34,626 nt of DNA, taken from IMG/VR virus record IMGVR_UViG_3300020045_007614, positions 1-34,626 of that record. One strand, written 5' to 3'. Shown here piece by piece: positions 18,243 to 27,136 of this stretch (position 1 is the stretch's first letter; each line of letters starts with the position of its first letter). The position numbers were made by a program, and so were the translations under genes. The notes below the pieces were generated by a model that saw only the letters and a program-made list of their open reading frames with translations, was not told the DNA's origin and searched no databases. Source of the DNA: a virus (lineage: Duplodnaviria > Caudoviricetes).

Positions 18243-19442
18243 TCGAATCGAATCCTTATCAGGTGTATATACTAGTATGGGATTTATCCCTACCATTAAA
18301 TGTCCAATAGTCTTAGCTACCATTTCAACATTATGACCTTCGGCCAGTGCTAATTGACTCAATGTCTGTATCTTGAGAGTCCTATTGGGGGCCCTTATGA
18401 GATGCTTAAATATCACATTATTGATTCCCACTTGAGTATTGACCTTATTCGCTTGGCCTTCTCGGAGCATGCCCGGAATCTTACTCTCAATAATATCCAT
18501 CATCTTGAGTGCTGCCTCCCAGTGGGAGAGGGTGATGACTCGGTCACTCCTCTCCGCTGCACTCAGTATCATCGGGAGTTTCCTCATAGCTGTAGACTTA
18601 CGTATCATGAGTGCTCCAAGTTTCTCATTCTCTGTCTGCTGAATTTGCATATCGTGGGTGTCGAACCACTCTTGCCATCGGGTCTTCACTTGATCTTCAG
18701 CGGTGAATGGACCCACCATCCTATGGATCTCATAGAGATCACTGGTGAGATTGAGGAGTTTGGTTTCCTCCACATTGGTTTCTTGCTCACCTCCCCATAC
18801 GGAGCGTCTCTGGACTATGTCATTGTGAACTACGTAGGTGATTCGAGAGGCGAATCCTCCCATGATTCCTTCGGTAGTGAGGAGTTTATTGAGATAGTCG
18901 AAGGTGCACCCAGCCAATAGATTGAGACATGGATTCTCCACCATCACAGTACCTCTATAGACGGTGGACTTAGATATAGTATCTCCATCATAGAGTGCCG
19001 TGATGGTCTGGGCGAATCCCCCATAGGGATCATTGAAGCAGGTCGATGCTTCACTGGCATAGAAGAGTGCGCTGGTGTGGGGGTATTGAGTGTTATTGTA
19101 TTGGAAGTACTCCTTCTCCTTGAGGAGATCGAACAGGACTGGTTCAGTCACCTTATTGGGGAGTATCCTAATGGCTGTCCCGTAGGATTCATTCATCCGA
19201 TAGAGGAGAGACTGGACTGGCCGCATGGCCGAGGACTTCCCTATACCTGGCTTAGAGACTAGGAAGATATACATATTGGGATAGAACTTGTCTTTACCCC
19301 ACGGTATCCACACCTTTCGCTCCAGCACTGATGCTATGAGGGAGATAGAACTCCACAGATAGAATTGATTGGGGACGAACCCGTCCTGCATAGTGTCGGT
19401 GAAGGCCTTGATAAAATTTCCACATAGTCTGGTATCCCCCAT
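18213..19442 (-). CDS. DUF3987/YfjI-like P-loop ATPase (putative replicative helicase), no primase domain
   Basis: YPNMYIFLVSKPGIGKSSAM Walker A, YASE Walker B-like, ITALYDG, NPCLNLLAGCT and GGFASR arginine-finger-like motifs. GAGGAG SD. Follows the polymerase. Confidence 0.78.
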   Translation of the reverse strand: MGDTRLCGNFIKAFTDTMQDGFVPNQFYLWSSISLIASVLERKVWIPWGKDKFYPNMYIFLVSKPGIGKSSAMRPVQSLLYRMNESYGTAIRILPNKVTEPVLFDLLKEKEYFQYNNTQYPHTSALFYASEASTCFNDPYGGFAQTITALYDGDTISKSTVYRGTVMVENPCLNLLAGCTFDYLNKLLTTEGIMGGFASRITYVVHNDIVQRRSVWGGEQETNVEETKLLNLTSDLYEIHRMVGPFTAEDQVKTRWQEWFDTHDMQIQQTENEKLGALMIRKSTAMRKLPMILSAAERSDRVITLSHWEAALKMMDIIESKIPGMLREGQANKVNTQVGINNVIFKHLIRAPNRTLKIQTLSQLALAEGHNVEMVAKTIGHLMVGINPILVYTPDKDSIRLTRNPDNYV

Positions 19443-19464
19443 GTGATGTCTCCTCTAGATGATG

Positions 19465-21693
19465 TCATGCTGTATAGGGTCTCATGGCTGCAAGATTGGT
19501 GTCTGATATTTCCACATCAGTGGGGATCACTAGATCTCCAATGGGGAAACATATCTTAGGATGCCAGAGTGATGTGTCTCTGGCTATACGGGTGATCTCT
19601 CCCACATGGTGTGGAAGTGCAGACAGGACTATTGAGTCGTGGACCTGAAGGTGTAAATTGAAGTTGATAAATCCCCTATTTCGTGCGTCAAGCAGATAGA
19701 GCATGAGATAGTTGGTGATCATGGGGATGGTGGATTGGGGCTCGAAGGCGTAGGCCTCTCTGAAGGTATTCTCATCGTGACGACCATAGAAGTAGCGGCG
19801 AAATCCTAAGGGATTCTCAAGATATCCCCTTGATCGGATGAGACCCTGAATCTCACTGTGCCACTTACGGATGCCGGGGAAGAGTCGATGATAGGTCTCT
19901 AGAACATTCTCGGCCTCTGCTTGAGAGATCACTAGATTGTCCTTGAGGCATGCCTCCTGAAAGGTGGTCGCTTGCATGGCGTAGTTGGCACCATGGCCGG
20001 ACTTCTTCCCCACCTGTCTCTTCGATGGGTCTCCTGAGTTTTTCTCCTCGATGATCTGCGAGATAGGGACTCGATAGATCTCGGCAGCTACATAGGAATG
20101 GATGTCCTGAGTGGGGTCCTCTAGCATCTCTATGAGAGTGTGGTCCTTACATCGATAGGCCACATATCTACTCTCGGCCTGTTTGAGATCCACCTGGAGA
20201 AATACATGTTTGGGTGGAGGAATGAAGAACTTCTTGGCCTTCTTAGGGATAGTCTGGGCATTGAAGCCGAGGTCCCACGAGTCTGATCCTGAGGAGAACC
20301 GGAGAGTCTCCGTTCCACTCCCCCTAATACTATAGTGGACCTGACCATTCGTATGGTAATCGAAGTCTATATAAGACGAATAAAACTTATTTAATTTGGC
20401 TAGTGACAGTAGGTGAGCTATATCGGTGTCACCTGGATATTTGAGTCTCATCTTCTTAAGACTGAGTTCATCCACGGATTCCTTATATGCACCCTTGGAG
20501 TCTCTCTTCTTGGGGATCTTATATCCCTTCGACTTGAAGAGTTCGATCTTCTGCTTGGATGATCTGTGATTGATGGGTTGAGAGAGGGACTGGGATATGA
20601 GGGAGATCTCATCGAGGGTCTCTTGCTCCACTCGGGCCTTAGTGGACTGATCCACTGTCAGCCCCGTACAGCACATCTCTATGATTGGGTCTGCGAGTTT
20701 CATCAGGTATCCATCGAAGAATTCGAGGAGTCCACGGGATGTCAGGTCCTTCCGCTGGTTCATGGCGGCCTCATATGTATTGGATGTATCTTTGCAGTTG
20801 TAGATCATGTGGTCGATCCAATTATCTATCTTACTCCAGTCCTTCCCATCCTCCTTCCAATACACTTCATTGGTGTAGAGTCTCCCTACTACATCGAGAC
20901 CCTGTTTGAATTCAGGATAGAGAAGTTTCTGGGCCCACATAGTGTCGTGCCATACATTAGTGAGATTGATTCCGTAGCGGGAGAAATATGTGGCTTCATA
21001 GATGTTGTTCTGGAGGATCTTCTTGATGTCTGGGTCTTCGAGATACTTGGCCATGTGGAGCCAGAATTGGAATTCCACCCTAGGCTCGTATCTTCCGGGT
21101 TCTATTCTCACTGCGATGGCATCGGTGGGAGACCATGCTAGGCCCATCGTATTGATGGTGCCCAGACTAGTCTCTATGTCTACCGATAGAATGGATTGAC
21201 CATCTAGATAGTGTGAGACTTCCAACTGGGAGGGCTCAGTGATGAGAGTGTAATTGGTGGTCTTACGTTTCCATGGGCCTTCATAGAGGGAGGATTGAAT
21301 CTTGTGGAAGGCCTGATGGAAGAACATCCTATATTCATATTGTTTATTGAGGCGAGGGATGTCGAAGGTGGGGATGATCTTTCGGCACTTGAATTGGAGT
21401 AGACTATCGAGAGGACTAAGATGCCACTTGTCGATCCCACTCTTGCCAGTCATGTACTTGAGGGCCTGTTCTCCCATAGTGAGAATGAGAGTGAAATCCT
21501 GTGAGTTGAGTTCCTCGGTAATGCGCGGATGTATGTGAGTGAAGTGGACTGTAGATGGATCGATGCCAATCTTAGCTAGACTAGTGTCTAACAGGTATCT
21601 CTCATAGTCTCCAAATGATGCCCCATTGGATTGGGCAGAAATGGAGAGGGTGGGTCCATTTAGAATGCAAATTCTCGGTGCTGTGGTACCCAT
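19465..21693 (-). CDS. polA: Family A DNA polymerase with 3'-5' exonuclease and degenerate N-terminal uracil-DNA-glycosylase-like domain
   Basis: Exo I VDIET, Exo III YNCKD, GTETLRFSS, motif A QVDLKQAESR, motif B RQVGKKSGHGANY, motif C LQVHDSI. GGAGGGGG SD. Confidence 0.93.
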   Translation of the reverse strand: MGTTAPRICILNGPTLSISAQSNGASFGDYERYLLDTSLAKIGIDPSTVHFTHIHPRITEELNSQDFTLILTMGEQALKYMTGKSGIDKWHLSPLDSLLQFKCRKIIPTFDIPRLNKQYEYRMFFHQAFHKIQSSLYEGPWKRKTTNYTLITEPSQLEVSHYLDGQSILSVDIETSLGTINTMGLAWSPTDAIAVRIEPGRYEPRVEFQFWLHMAKYLEDPDIKKILQNNIYEATYFSRYGINLTNVWHDTMWAQKLLYPEFKQGLDVVGRLYTNEVYWKEDGKDWSKIDNWIDHMIYNCKDTSNTYEAAMNQRKDLTSRGLLEFFDGYLMKLADPIIEMCCTGLTVDQSTKARVEQETLDEISLISQSLSQPINHRSSKQKIELFKSKGYKIPKKRDSKGAYKESVDELSLKKMRLKYPGDTDIAHLLSLAKLNKFYSSYIDFDYHTNGQVHYSIRGSGTETLRFSSGSDSWDLGFNAQTIPKKAKKFFIPPPKHVFLQVDLKQAESRYVAYRCKDHTLIEMLEDPTQDIHSYVAAEIYRVPISQIIEEKNSGDPSKRQVGKKSGHGANYAMQATTFQEACLKDNLVISQAEAENVLETYHRLFPGIRKWHSEIQGLIRSRGYLENPLGFRRYFYGRHDENTFREAYAFEPQSTIPMITNYLMLYLLDARNRGFINFNLHLQVHDSIVLSALPHHVGEITRIARDTSLWHPKICFPIGDLVIPTDVEISDTNLAAMRPYTA

Positions 21694-21738
21694 TTACCCC
21701 CCTCCATAAGATAAAGATTAAATTAAACTCAATATGAA

Positions 21739-22101
21739 CTAGTTGATAGCTCTTACAGCTTTCACTTCAGTGTATCCCTTGGCATTCTTATCCACGACAA
21801 TGCGGATTTCCTTACCATACAGAGACTCAGTGTCGAACTGCTCAGTCATCTTCGCACCATTAGTAGCGGCACTGTAAAGACGCTGAAGTAGGAAGGCAGC
21901 TTTACCTTTGATAGGGGTAGAGTACCAGATCTTACGACCATTATTCTTGGGCTCAACTTCATTGAATGTGTCGAGTGTCCAGTTGATGTAGTCATCACCT
22001 GATTTATACTGCTTCATCTCTGCAGCTGTGATTCTCACCATGTATTCACCTGGTAGTACTTCGTCACTGATTTCGCTGAAGTCCGGTTTAATTAATGCCA
22101 T
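21739..22101 (-). CDS. Single-stranded DNA-binding protein (DUF669-like OB fold)
   Basis: PDFS...VLPGEYMVRITAAE, GRKIW and LYGKEIRIVV patterns. AAGGAG SD. Next to the Sak4-like ATPase. Confidence 0.78.
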   Translation of the reverse strand: MALIKPDFSEISDEVLPGEYMVRITAAEMKQYKSGDDYINWTLDTFNEVEPKNNGRKIWYSTPIKGKAAFLLQRLYSAATNGAKMTEQFDTESLYGKEIRIVVDKNAKGYTEVKAVRAIN

Positions 22102-22136
22102 ATATTCTCCTTCTCGTTATGTCCCTATGGGACTGG

Positions 22137-22874
22137 TTAACTTATATATTGTTTCAATGCTTCATAACCTTTGGTGATATCAAAGGGATTGGGAAGACCC
22201 GGTATCTGGGATCTGCACTTGTACTTGTAGTCTGATTGTGTTTGGGCTAGACGCTGATTCTTGTCTGTATAGATTCTCCAAACTTCCTTGAAGTAGATCG
22301 AAAGTTGATTGGAGAATGCACCATCCATTAGTGGACCGCGAATGAGTTCACCTGTCAATTCATCTTTCTGGGTGTCCATGTGAGCTGTGAATATTATGTT
22401 ACAGTCGAGGGATAGGAGACCTGGAATGAGCTTGGAGAATTCTCTCTTAAGTACTCCATAATCGGCAAGACAAGGTTGAAGACCCTGTTTGGAACTGGTT
22501 CTCTTCACACCCGGATTAGTGAGAATAATGTGATTGAGGACTGCGCGAGAGAATGTGGTGACTGAGTCTATGACTATGGTCTTGTAGGCTAGTTTACCAC
22601 TTGTCTGCTGTGGGATGAGTTCCGTATCGATGAGCTTATTGAGTTCTGCGATGGGATCGGTGACTAGATTGGCCGAGTAGGCTCGTACATCTATATCATC
22701 CAATCTTTGCGTGTCCTTACGATAGAAGAGTGCTGCACTATCTGCCTTCCCATCGAAGTCTAGGAGTAGGAGTGGAGTGGGAAATGAACAAGAGAATACT
22801 GTCTTTCCATCACCCGGATCACCTATCAATAATAATTTAGCGTTACCTTCAGTCTTGATTTCCGAGAGTTTCAT
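22137..22874 (-). CDS. AAA_24 / Sak4-like recombination ATPase
   Basis: LLLIGDPGDGKT Walker A, TIVIDSVT Walker B and IIFTAH motif. Confidence 0.85.
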   Translation of the reverse strand: MKLSEIKTEGNAKLLLIGDPGDGKTVFSCSFPTPLLLLDFDGKADSAALFYRKDTQRLDDIDVRAYSANLVTDPIAELNKLIDTELIPQQTSGKLAYKTIVIDSVTTFSRAVLNHIILTNPGVKRTSSKQGLQPCLADYGVLKREFSKLIPGLLSLDCNIIFTAHMDTQKDELTGELIRGPLMDGAFSNQLSIYFKEVWRIYTDKNQRLAQTQSDYKYKCRSQIPGLPNPFDITKGYEALKQYIS

Positions 22875-22882
22875 AGAGGTCC

Positions 22883-23914
22883 TTATGTGAGGGTGGATGT
22901 AAAGTCAGCTTGGATAATATTGGTTTTTATATTTTCGGGAGATTCACATACCTTCAGGTAAGTGCATTGACCATAATTCCCACATGCATCCACAGGTCCA
23001 TGAGGAAAGTATTCCGTATCGAGCCAATGGAGATACTGTGTAACATAATAGTGGGTGGTGAGGATAAGATCCTCTAGATCTTCTTGTGATCTCTTGGTGA
23101 TAATGTGGAGGAAATTGGGTCCTGCTCCACGAGATGTCTTAGGTCTAGGTTTCACTTCGAAACAATTAATCATGAAGTTATCGATGGGGAGTCCTAGGGA
23201 TCTCTGTGCAAGCAGTATATATGCACTGTATTGGTGATTAGGCTTGGTTCGATTGTAGAACTTCGCTCCGACTTGAGAGGCAGTCTTATGGTCACATACC
23301 ACCAGTTGATCATTGGCCATGTTCTTGAGGATACAATCGACTGTACCGAAGAGGACTATCTTGAGAGTGGCTGAGTCCCAGATGGTGTGCTCGATGAGAT
23401 TCTCAATCATGGGTATGCCATTGTGTACATACACCTCATAGGGGTCATTCCGGCGAGACTCGAAGTACTCTCCCAATAGCCATCCCCCATTCACAATCGA
23501 TCTCTTGTCATCGATTGGTAAATCGGCCAAGGACGCAGCACTCTCAATGAACCCCCTAGTGGCCCGATAAATAATACTGGAGGACTCACAGTCGAGACGC
23601 TGGCCTTGGCACATAAGCATGATGTTGTTTTTGAAGTTTGGTGGAAGAGTGCGCTCCTCACGAGGAGCTGCATAGTAGATTTCTAGGGCCTTATGAATTC
23701 CTGTACCGAAGTCAAGTGCGGTGGACTTGGTGAGGGGAACGAGACCGCGAGTCAAGGCATAGTAGGATTTCTTCGGGCAGGTCTGGAGAAGGGTCAAGGA
23801 GGACGGGTTGATATGAACCACTCTCTTTGGGCCTTCCCAAGCTACACTTAACATACGTTTGGATTCTGACCTAGGATTTAGGTCCAGTTGATTATCGATC
23901 ATGGTTACTTGCAT
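22883..23914 (-). CDS. PD-(D/E)XK Cas4/RecB-like exonuclease with Fe-S cysteines
   Basis: N-terminal S...CPKK, FGTGIH, GTVD...DHKT catalytic motif, QYSAY, and C-terminal CGNYGQCTYLKVC. Confidence 0.88.
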   Translation of the reverse strand: MQVTMIDNQLDLNPRSESKRMLSVAWEGPKRVVHINPSSLTLLQTCPKKSYYALTRGLVPLTKSTALDFGTGIHKALEIYYAAPREERTLPPNFKNNIMLMCQGQRLDCESSSIIYRATRGFIESAASLADLPIDDKRSIVNGGWLLGEYFESRRNDPYEVYVHNGIPMIENLIEHTIWDSATLKIVLFGTVDCILKNMANDQLVVCDHKTASQVGAKFYNRTKPNHQYSAYILLAQRSLGLPIDNFMINCFEVKPRPKTSRGAGPNFLHIITKRSQEDLEDLILTTHYYVTQYLHWLDTEYFPHGPVDACGNYGQCTYLKVCESPENIKTNIIQADFTSTLT

Positions 23915-23940
23915 CCCCTAATTGGTTACCGAGAGAACCT

Positions 23941-23969
23941 AGGCTAGGTAAAACTTACTATCCGGTCAA
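23941..23969 (-). promoter_or_regulatory. Sigma70-like promoter for the replication operon
   Basis: Minus strand TTGACC-N17-TAGCCT, about 27 nt upstream of the nuclease start. Confidence 0.6.
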
Positions 23970-23983
23970 CACTTTACTATAAT
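23955..23983 (+). promoter_or_regulatory. Sigma70-like promoter for the lysis cassette (overlapping, divergent)
   Basis: TTACTA-N17-TATAAT upstream of the GGGGAG SD and GTG at 24020. Confidence 0.5.
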
Positions 23984-24019
23984 GAAGGGCGTTAGTGTCT
24001 TAGCGTCAGGGGAGTTCAA

Positions 24020-24364
24020 GTGAGCTATAATTCGCAAACTTATCTTAAGTATATTTATACGGCAATTACCGCTAATGCGGCGTACGAACAGTTGAGTGAA
24101 ACCAATAAATATGTCTATGCGCTGGTGATTGGGGTTAATGCGGATTCTGCTTCGGCTACGACTGGGAATTGGGTCGGTACGAGTTCAGCGGTGACCACCA
24201 CCAATAAAGATGGAGTGAAGATCACGGCAGATAAACCGTTTAGTGTTGGTGCTTATTCAGTGGGCAACATGATGATCCCGGTCAATCTCAAGGACTACTT
24301 CGTGGCCACCACATCGGGCGATGAAATTTATGTGGCATATCTGGAAGAGACACAGCAGACTTAA
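24020..24364 (+). CDS. Hypothetical protein, possibly virion-associated
   Basis: GGGGAG SD; beta-rich Thr/Ala/Ser composition. Confidence 0.65.
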   Translation: MSYNSQTYLKYIYTAITANAAYEQLSETNKYVYALVIGVNADSASATTGNWVGTSSAVTTTNKDGVKITADKPFSVGAYSVGNMMIPVNLKDYFVATTSGDEIYVAYLEETQQT

Positions 24365-24397
24365 GGGACACAATTAATCATTCACAAGGAGGATAGA

Positions 24398-24598
24398 ATG
24401 GAAGTTGGATTGTATGAGAATGGGGAAGTAGAAGTAACATTGGTTAATGGGAATATCGTACTCACTTATGGTGGTAAAGGTATGACTGGGAATATCACCC
24501 TCAATGGTGACTATTTCATGGATAAAGTGAAAGAAGTTATTCCCGGCGGGATTGACGATACTATCATCGATATTCTTAAAGCGGCACTGAAGGCCTAG
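24398..24598 (+). CDS. Small hypothetical protein in the lysis cassette
   Basis: Strong AAGGAGG SD; C-terminal amphipathic IPGGIDDTIIDILKAALKA. Confidence 0.7.
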   Translation: MEVGLYENGEVEVTLVNGNIVLTYGGKGMTGNITLNGDYFMDKVKEVIPGGIDDTIIDILKAALKA

Positions 24599-24843
24599 TG
24601 AATTCAGTTCAGGCATTCTTAGTAGGTCTGGTGACTGCAATCATCAGGCCTATTATTCAAAATGAGATTAATCAGTTGAAAGATTGGATGGAAGATTCGG
24701 TGATGCAGAATCGAAGATTCAAAGAGTTCGATGTAGAGGCAGAGAGTCTGATTAAACAGGCCAGTGAGGCCACTACAGTTGAGGAAGTCAATGCACTATT
24801 GTTTCGCCTTAATACTGCTCGCGCTAAGTTGCGCACTCGTTAA
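24598..24843 (+). CDS. Putative inner-membrane spanin (Rz-like)
   Basis: N-terminal hydrophobic helix followed by a helical/coiled-coil region. Overlaps the start of a lipoprotein gene in another frame. Confidence 0.45.
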   Translation: MNSVQAFLVGLVTAIIRPIIQNEINQLKDWMEDSVMQNRRFKEFDVEAESLIKQASEATTVEEVNALLFRLNTARAKLRTR

Positions 24844-25096
24844 TTGTGTTGCACTTCCTGTAGCACCACAGACACCTATATGTGTATTTGATAATTATAG
24901 TAAGGGTGTGGGAGAGAAGTCTCCGCGATTCCGCTGCGAGACCATTCATAATGTAAAGTTTGAGATACCGTGGAACTCACCGAGTGCTAAGAATATGGTG
25001 GCCACTCCATTCGATGACTATGTGAAGTTAAACGCATATTATAAGAAACTCTTCGATGTGCTGGAGAGCGAACTGGATAAAAGGATAGGTAAGTGA
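24791..25096 (+). CDS. Putative outer-membrane lipoprotein spanin (Rz1-like)
   Basis: GAGG SD, signal peptide MHYCFALILLALSCALVNC with lipobox candidates, then a Pro-rich stretch and further Cys. Directly upstream of the endolysin. Confidence 0.5.
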   Translation: MHYCFALILLALSCALVNCVALPVAPQTPICVFDNYSKGVGEKSPRFRCETIHNVKFEIPWNSPSAKNMVATPFDDYVKLNAYYKKLFDVLESELDKRIGK

Positions 25097-25758
25097 TGTG
25101 GGATTTTATATTGAAATTTCTTAAGGATCTCTTTGGGGACACTCAGGTGATGGAGAAGAAAGTGGAGGAGAGTATGGTGAGTAGTGGTGAGGTGTATGAA
25201 GAGAGTGAACCCATTCTGACCCGTAATGAAAGACTCCTCATGTTCGCTAGTGGTGAGATTGGGGTGAAGGAAGTACAGGGAGAGGGGAATAATGCGCAAG
25301 TTAAAAAATACCATGCTTATGCTCGACTGGATAATGACCTTAGCAAGGCTCTCCCTGATAGTGTTCCCTGGTGTGCTAGTTTTATCTGTTATTGTTTGGA
25401 AATGGTTGGCATGGGAAGTACTAACTCCATGATGGCTAAGTCATACCTTAAATGGGGTGTGAGTACGAAGATGAAGCCACTGCCGGGTGATATTGTGGTT
25501 TATTGGAGAGGATCTAAGACTGCCAGTACTGGGCACGTGGGAGTGTTCTTAGGTATCAAGAGTGGGATGGTCTATACACTCGGTGGGAATCAGAGTGATA
25601 TGGTGAATATATCTAGATATGGAGTGGATAAGGTCTTGGACTTTCGCAGATCCTCTAAGATGGGCCCAATCGATGAAGTACTAGAAGATAAACTGTGGGA
25701 TATGAGTGATCGACTACTCGCTGGTGAGAAGATCTATGAACCAGGATCAGTGGTCTAA
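25096..25758 (+). CDS. Endolysin, TIGR02594 family (CHAP/NlpC-P60-like peptidase)
   Basis: DSVPWCASF catalytic Cys, PGDIVV, GHVGVF catalytic His and LGGNQSD signature. Confidence 0.9.
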   Translation: MWDFILKFLKDLFGDTQVMEKKVEESMVSSGEVYEESEPILTRNERLLMFASGEIGVKEVQGEGNNAQVKKYHAYARLDNDLSKALPDSVPWCASFICYCLEMVGMGSTNSMMAKSYLKWGVSTKMKPLPGDIVVYWRGSKTASTGHVGVFLGIKSGMVYTLGGNQSDMVNISRYGVDKVLDFRRSSKMGPIDEVLEDKLWDMSDRLLAGEKIYEPGSVV

Positions 25759-26558
25759 TGGCAACAGGTGAACCATTCTTTCATGTAACGGGTGAACAAC
25801 TCAATGCGAGAGTATCGCAAGGTGACGGGGAAGTCCCTGTGGTAGCAGGTGCTGCGGCACTCACTGCTAATCTTACCAGTATCAATGGAGCTACAGCGAT
25901 TCAGTTGGGGAATGCTGGAGCCTATGGATATGGTCAGGTGTTCTATGAGGGATGGGATAATGCTCCTACGAGCATCACTAATAGTATTGTTCATCGGGTG
26001 AAGTTTAATACTTATCCCGCTGCCACTACACAGGGACTATTCTCTAGTGGTGGACCCTTTCGACTCTTCATCAATCAGTTCCAGTTGAGTATCAATGGGG
26101 CTAGTCAGATGACAATGAATGCGACCAATGCCACAGGGCAGGTGTGCCTCACATCTAATATTTATACTTGGGCCCCTACTGTGAATGTCTGGTACGACCT
26201 GTGCGTCACTTGGGATGGAACCACCACTGCAAGTGCAGTGAAGTTCTATATCGATGCGGTCAATGTGGCGAACTTTACAGCCACGAGAGTTCTCCCTAAT
26301 CCTATCCCATTCAGGGCATTCCTATGTCTAGGGGGTGGTGAGAACATCAATAACTCTGATCATTGGTGCGATGAATTTGCATGGTACGATAGTGTGATCG
26401 ATCCCGCGAGTGTCACCTTTAGGGATGGAACCACTGGTTCTCTCAATGGAGCATCCCGAACCAAGTATCTCTTCTCTACCGCATCGACTGGACCTGCGAC
26501 CAGTAGTGGTGGAAGTGGTGGGGTAACCTTAGGATCTCGCCTCGGCTTCGGTGGTTAG
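25758..26558 (+). CDS. LamG / concanavalin A-like lectin domain protein
   Basis: NVWYDLCVTWDG, VKFYIDAV and DEFAWYD motifs match the LamG-like jelly roll. Confidence 0.75.
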   Translation: MATGEPFFHVTGEQLNARVSQGDGEVPVVAGAAALTANLTSINGATAIQLGNAGAYGYGQVFYEGWDNAPTSITNSIVHRVKFNTYPAATTQGLFSSGGPFRLFINQFQLSINGASQMTMNATNATGQVCLTSNIYTWAPTVNVWYDLCVTWDGTTTASAVKFYIDAVNVANFTATRVLPNPIPFRAFLCLGGGENINNSDHWCDEFAWYDSVIDPASVTFRDGTTGSLNGASRTKYLFSTASTGPATSSGGSGGVTLGSRLGFGG

Positions 26559-26591
26559 ATCTTGAACACTATGAAGTGTGATGGGTAAACT

Positions 26592-26852
26592 ATGGATATG
26601 ACCGAGAATTCAATACTCTATGATCTAATCAAAGAACAGACTAAGGCCCTTGAAATGATCAAGGAAGATATACATGAGATTAGGATGGATATGGAGAAGA
26701 CCCGATCACTCCTTCCGGTCTCCGTCCTTGATCCCCAATCCATACAGAAGGAGAGACTCAAGGCCAGTGTGACTGGTGGTGGACTCGGTGCCGCCGCTGT
26801 GACGGTACTGACTGGTCTGTGGGAATATTTCAAACTCAAGTCCGGGTCATAA
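26592..26852 (+). CDS. Coiled-coil plus C-terminal TM protein (holin/XhlA-like)
   Basis: N-terminal heptads and a C-terminal hydrophobic GGGLGAAAVTVLTGLWEYF segment. Ends the lysis cassette. Confidence 0.5.
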   Translation: MDMTENSILYDLIKEQTKALEMIKEDIHEIRMDMEKTRSLLPVSVLDPQSIQKERLKASVTGGGLGAAAVTVLTGLWEYFKLKSGS

Positions 26853-26854
26853 CC

Positions 26855-27136
26855 CTATATCTTAAATTCATAATGATCAGTGAGGAATGTGGCGATGGAG
26901 TCCACTATGACTTCTTCGAGTTCCACACTGAGGGATTGACGTGCACCAGTTCTACACATCACTGCATGGAAGCATTCGTGGAGGAAGGTCTGTTGGAGAT
27001 CGGTGCCACGTAGAGACTTATCCAGTAAGATGAGACTCTTCTGAGGGACACATAATCCATGCGCACCATTCTTCTCCAACTCATCCATTGATACTTGATA
27101 GTCTTGACCTAGGATATTGATGGTGAAGGACTTCAT
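26855..27136 (-). CDS. Small HEXXH zinc metallopeptidase-like protein
   Basis: GLC...ILLD, FLHECFHA and downstream EE ligand. ATGA coupling to the phosphoesterase stop. Confidence 0.8.
   Translation of the reverse strand: MKSFTINILGQDYQVSMDELEKNGAHGLCVPQKSLILLDKSLRGTDLQQTFLHECFHAVMCRTGARQSLSVELEEVIVDSIATFLTDHYEFKI

Noticed and set aside
22883-23914. CRISPR-Cas system suggested by the Cas4-like nuclease
   Set aside because: No repeat-spacer array or other cas genes. The Sak4/SSB context indicates a recombination exonuclease.
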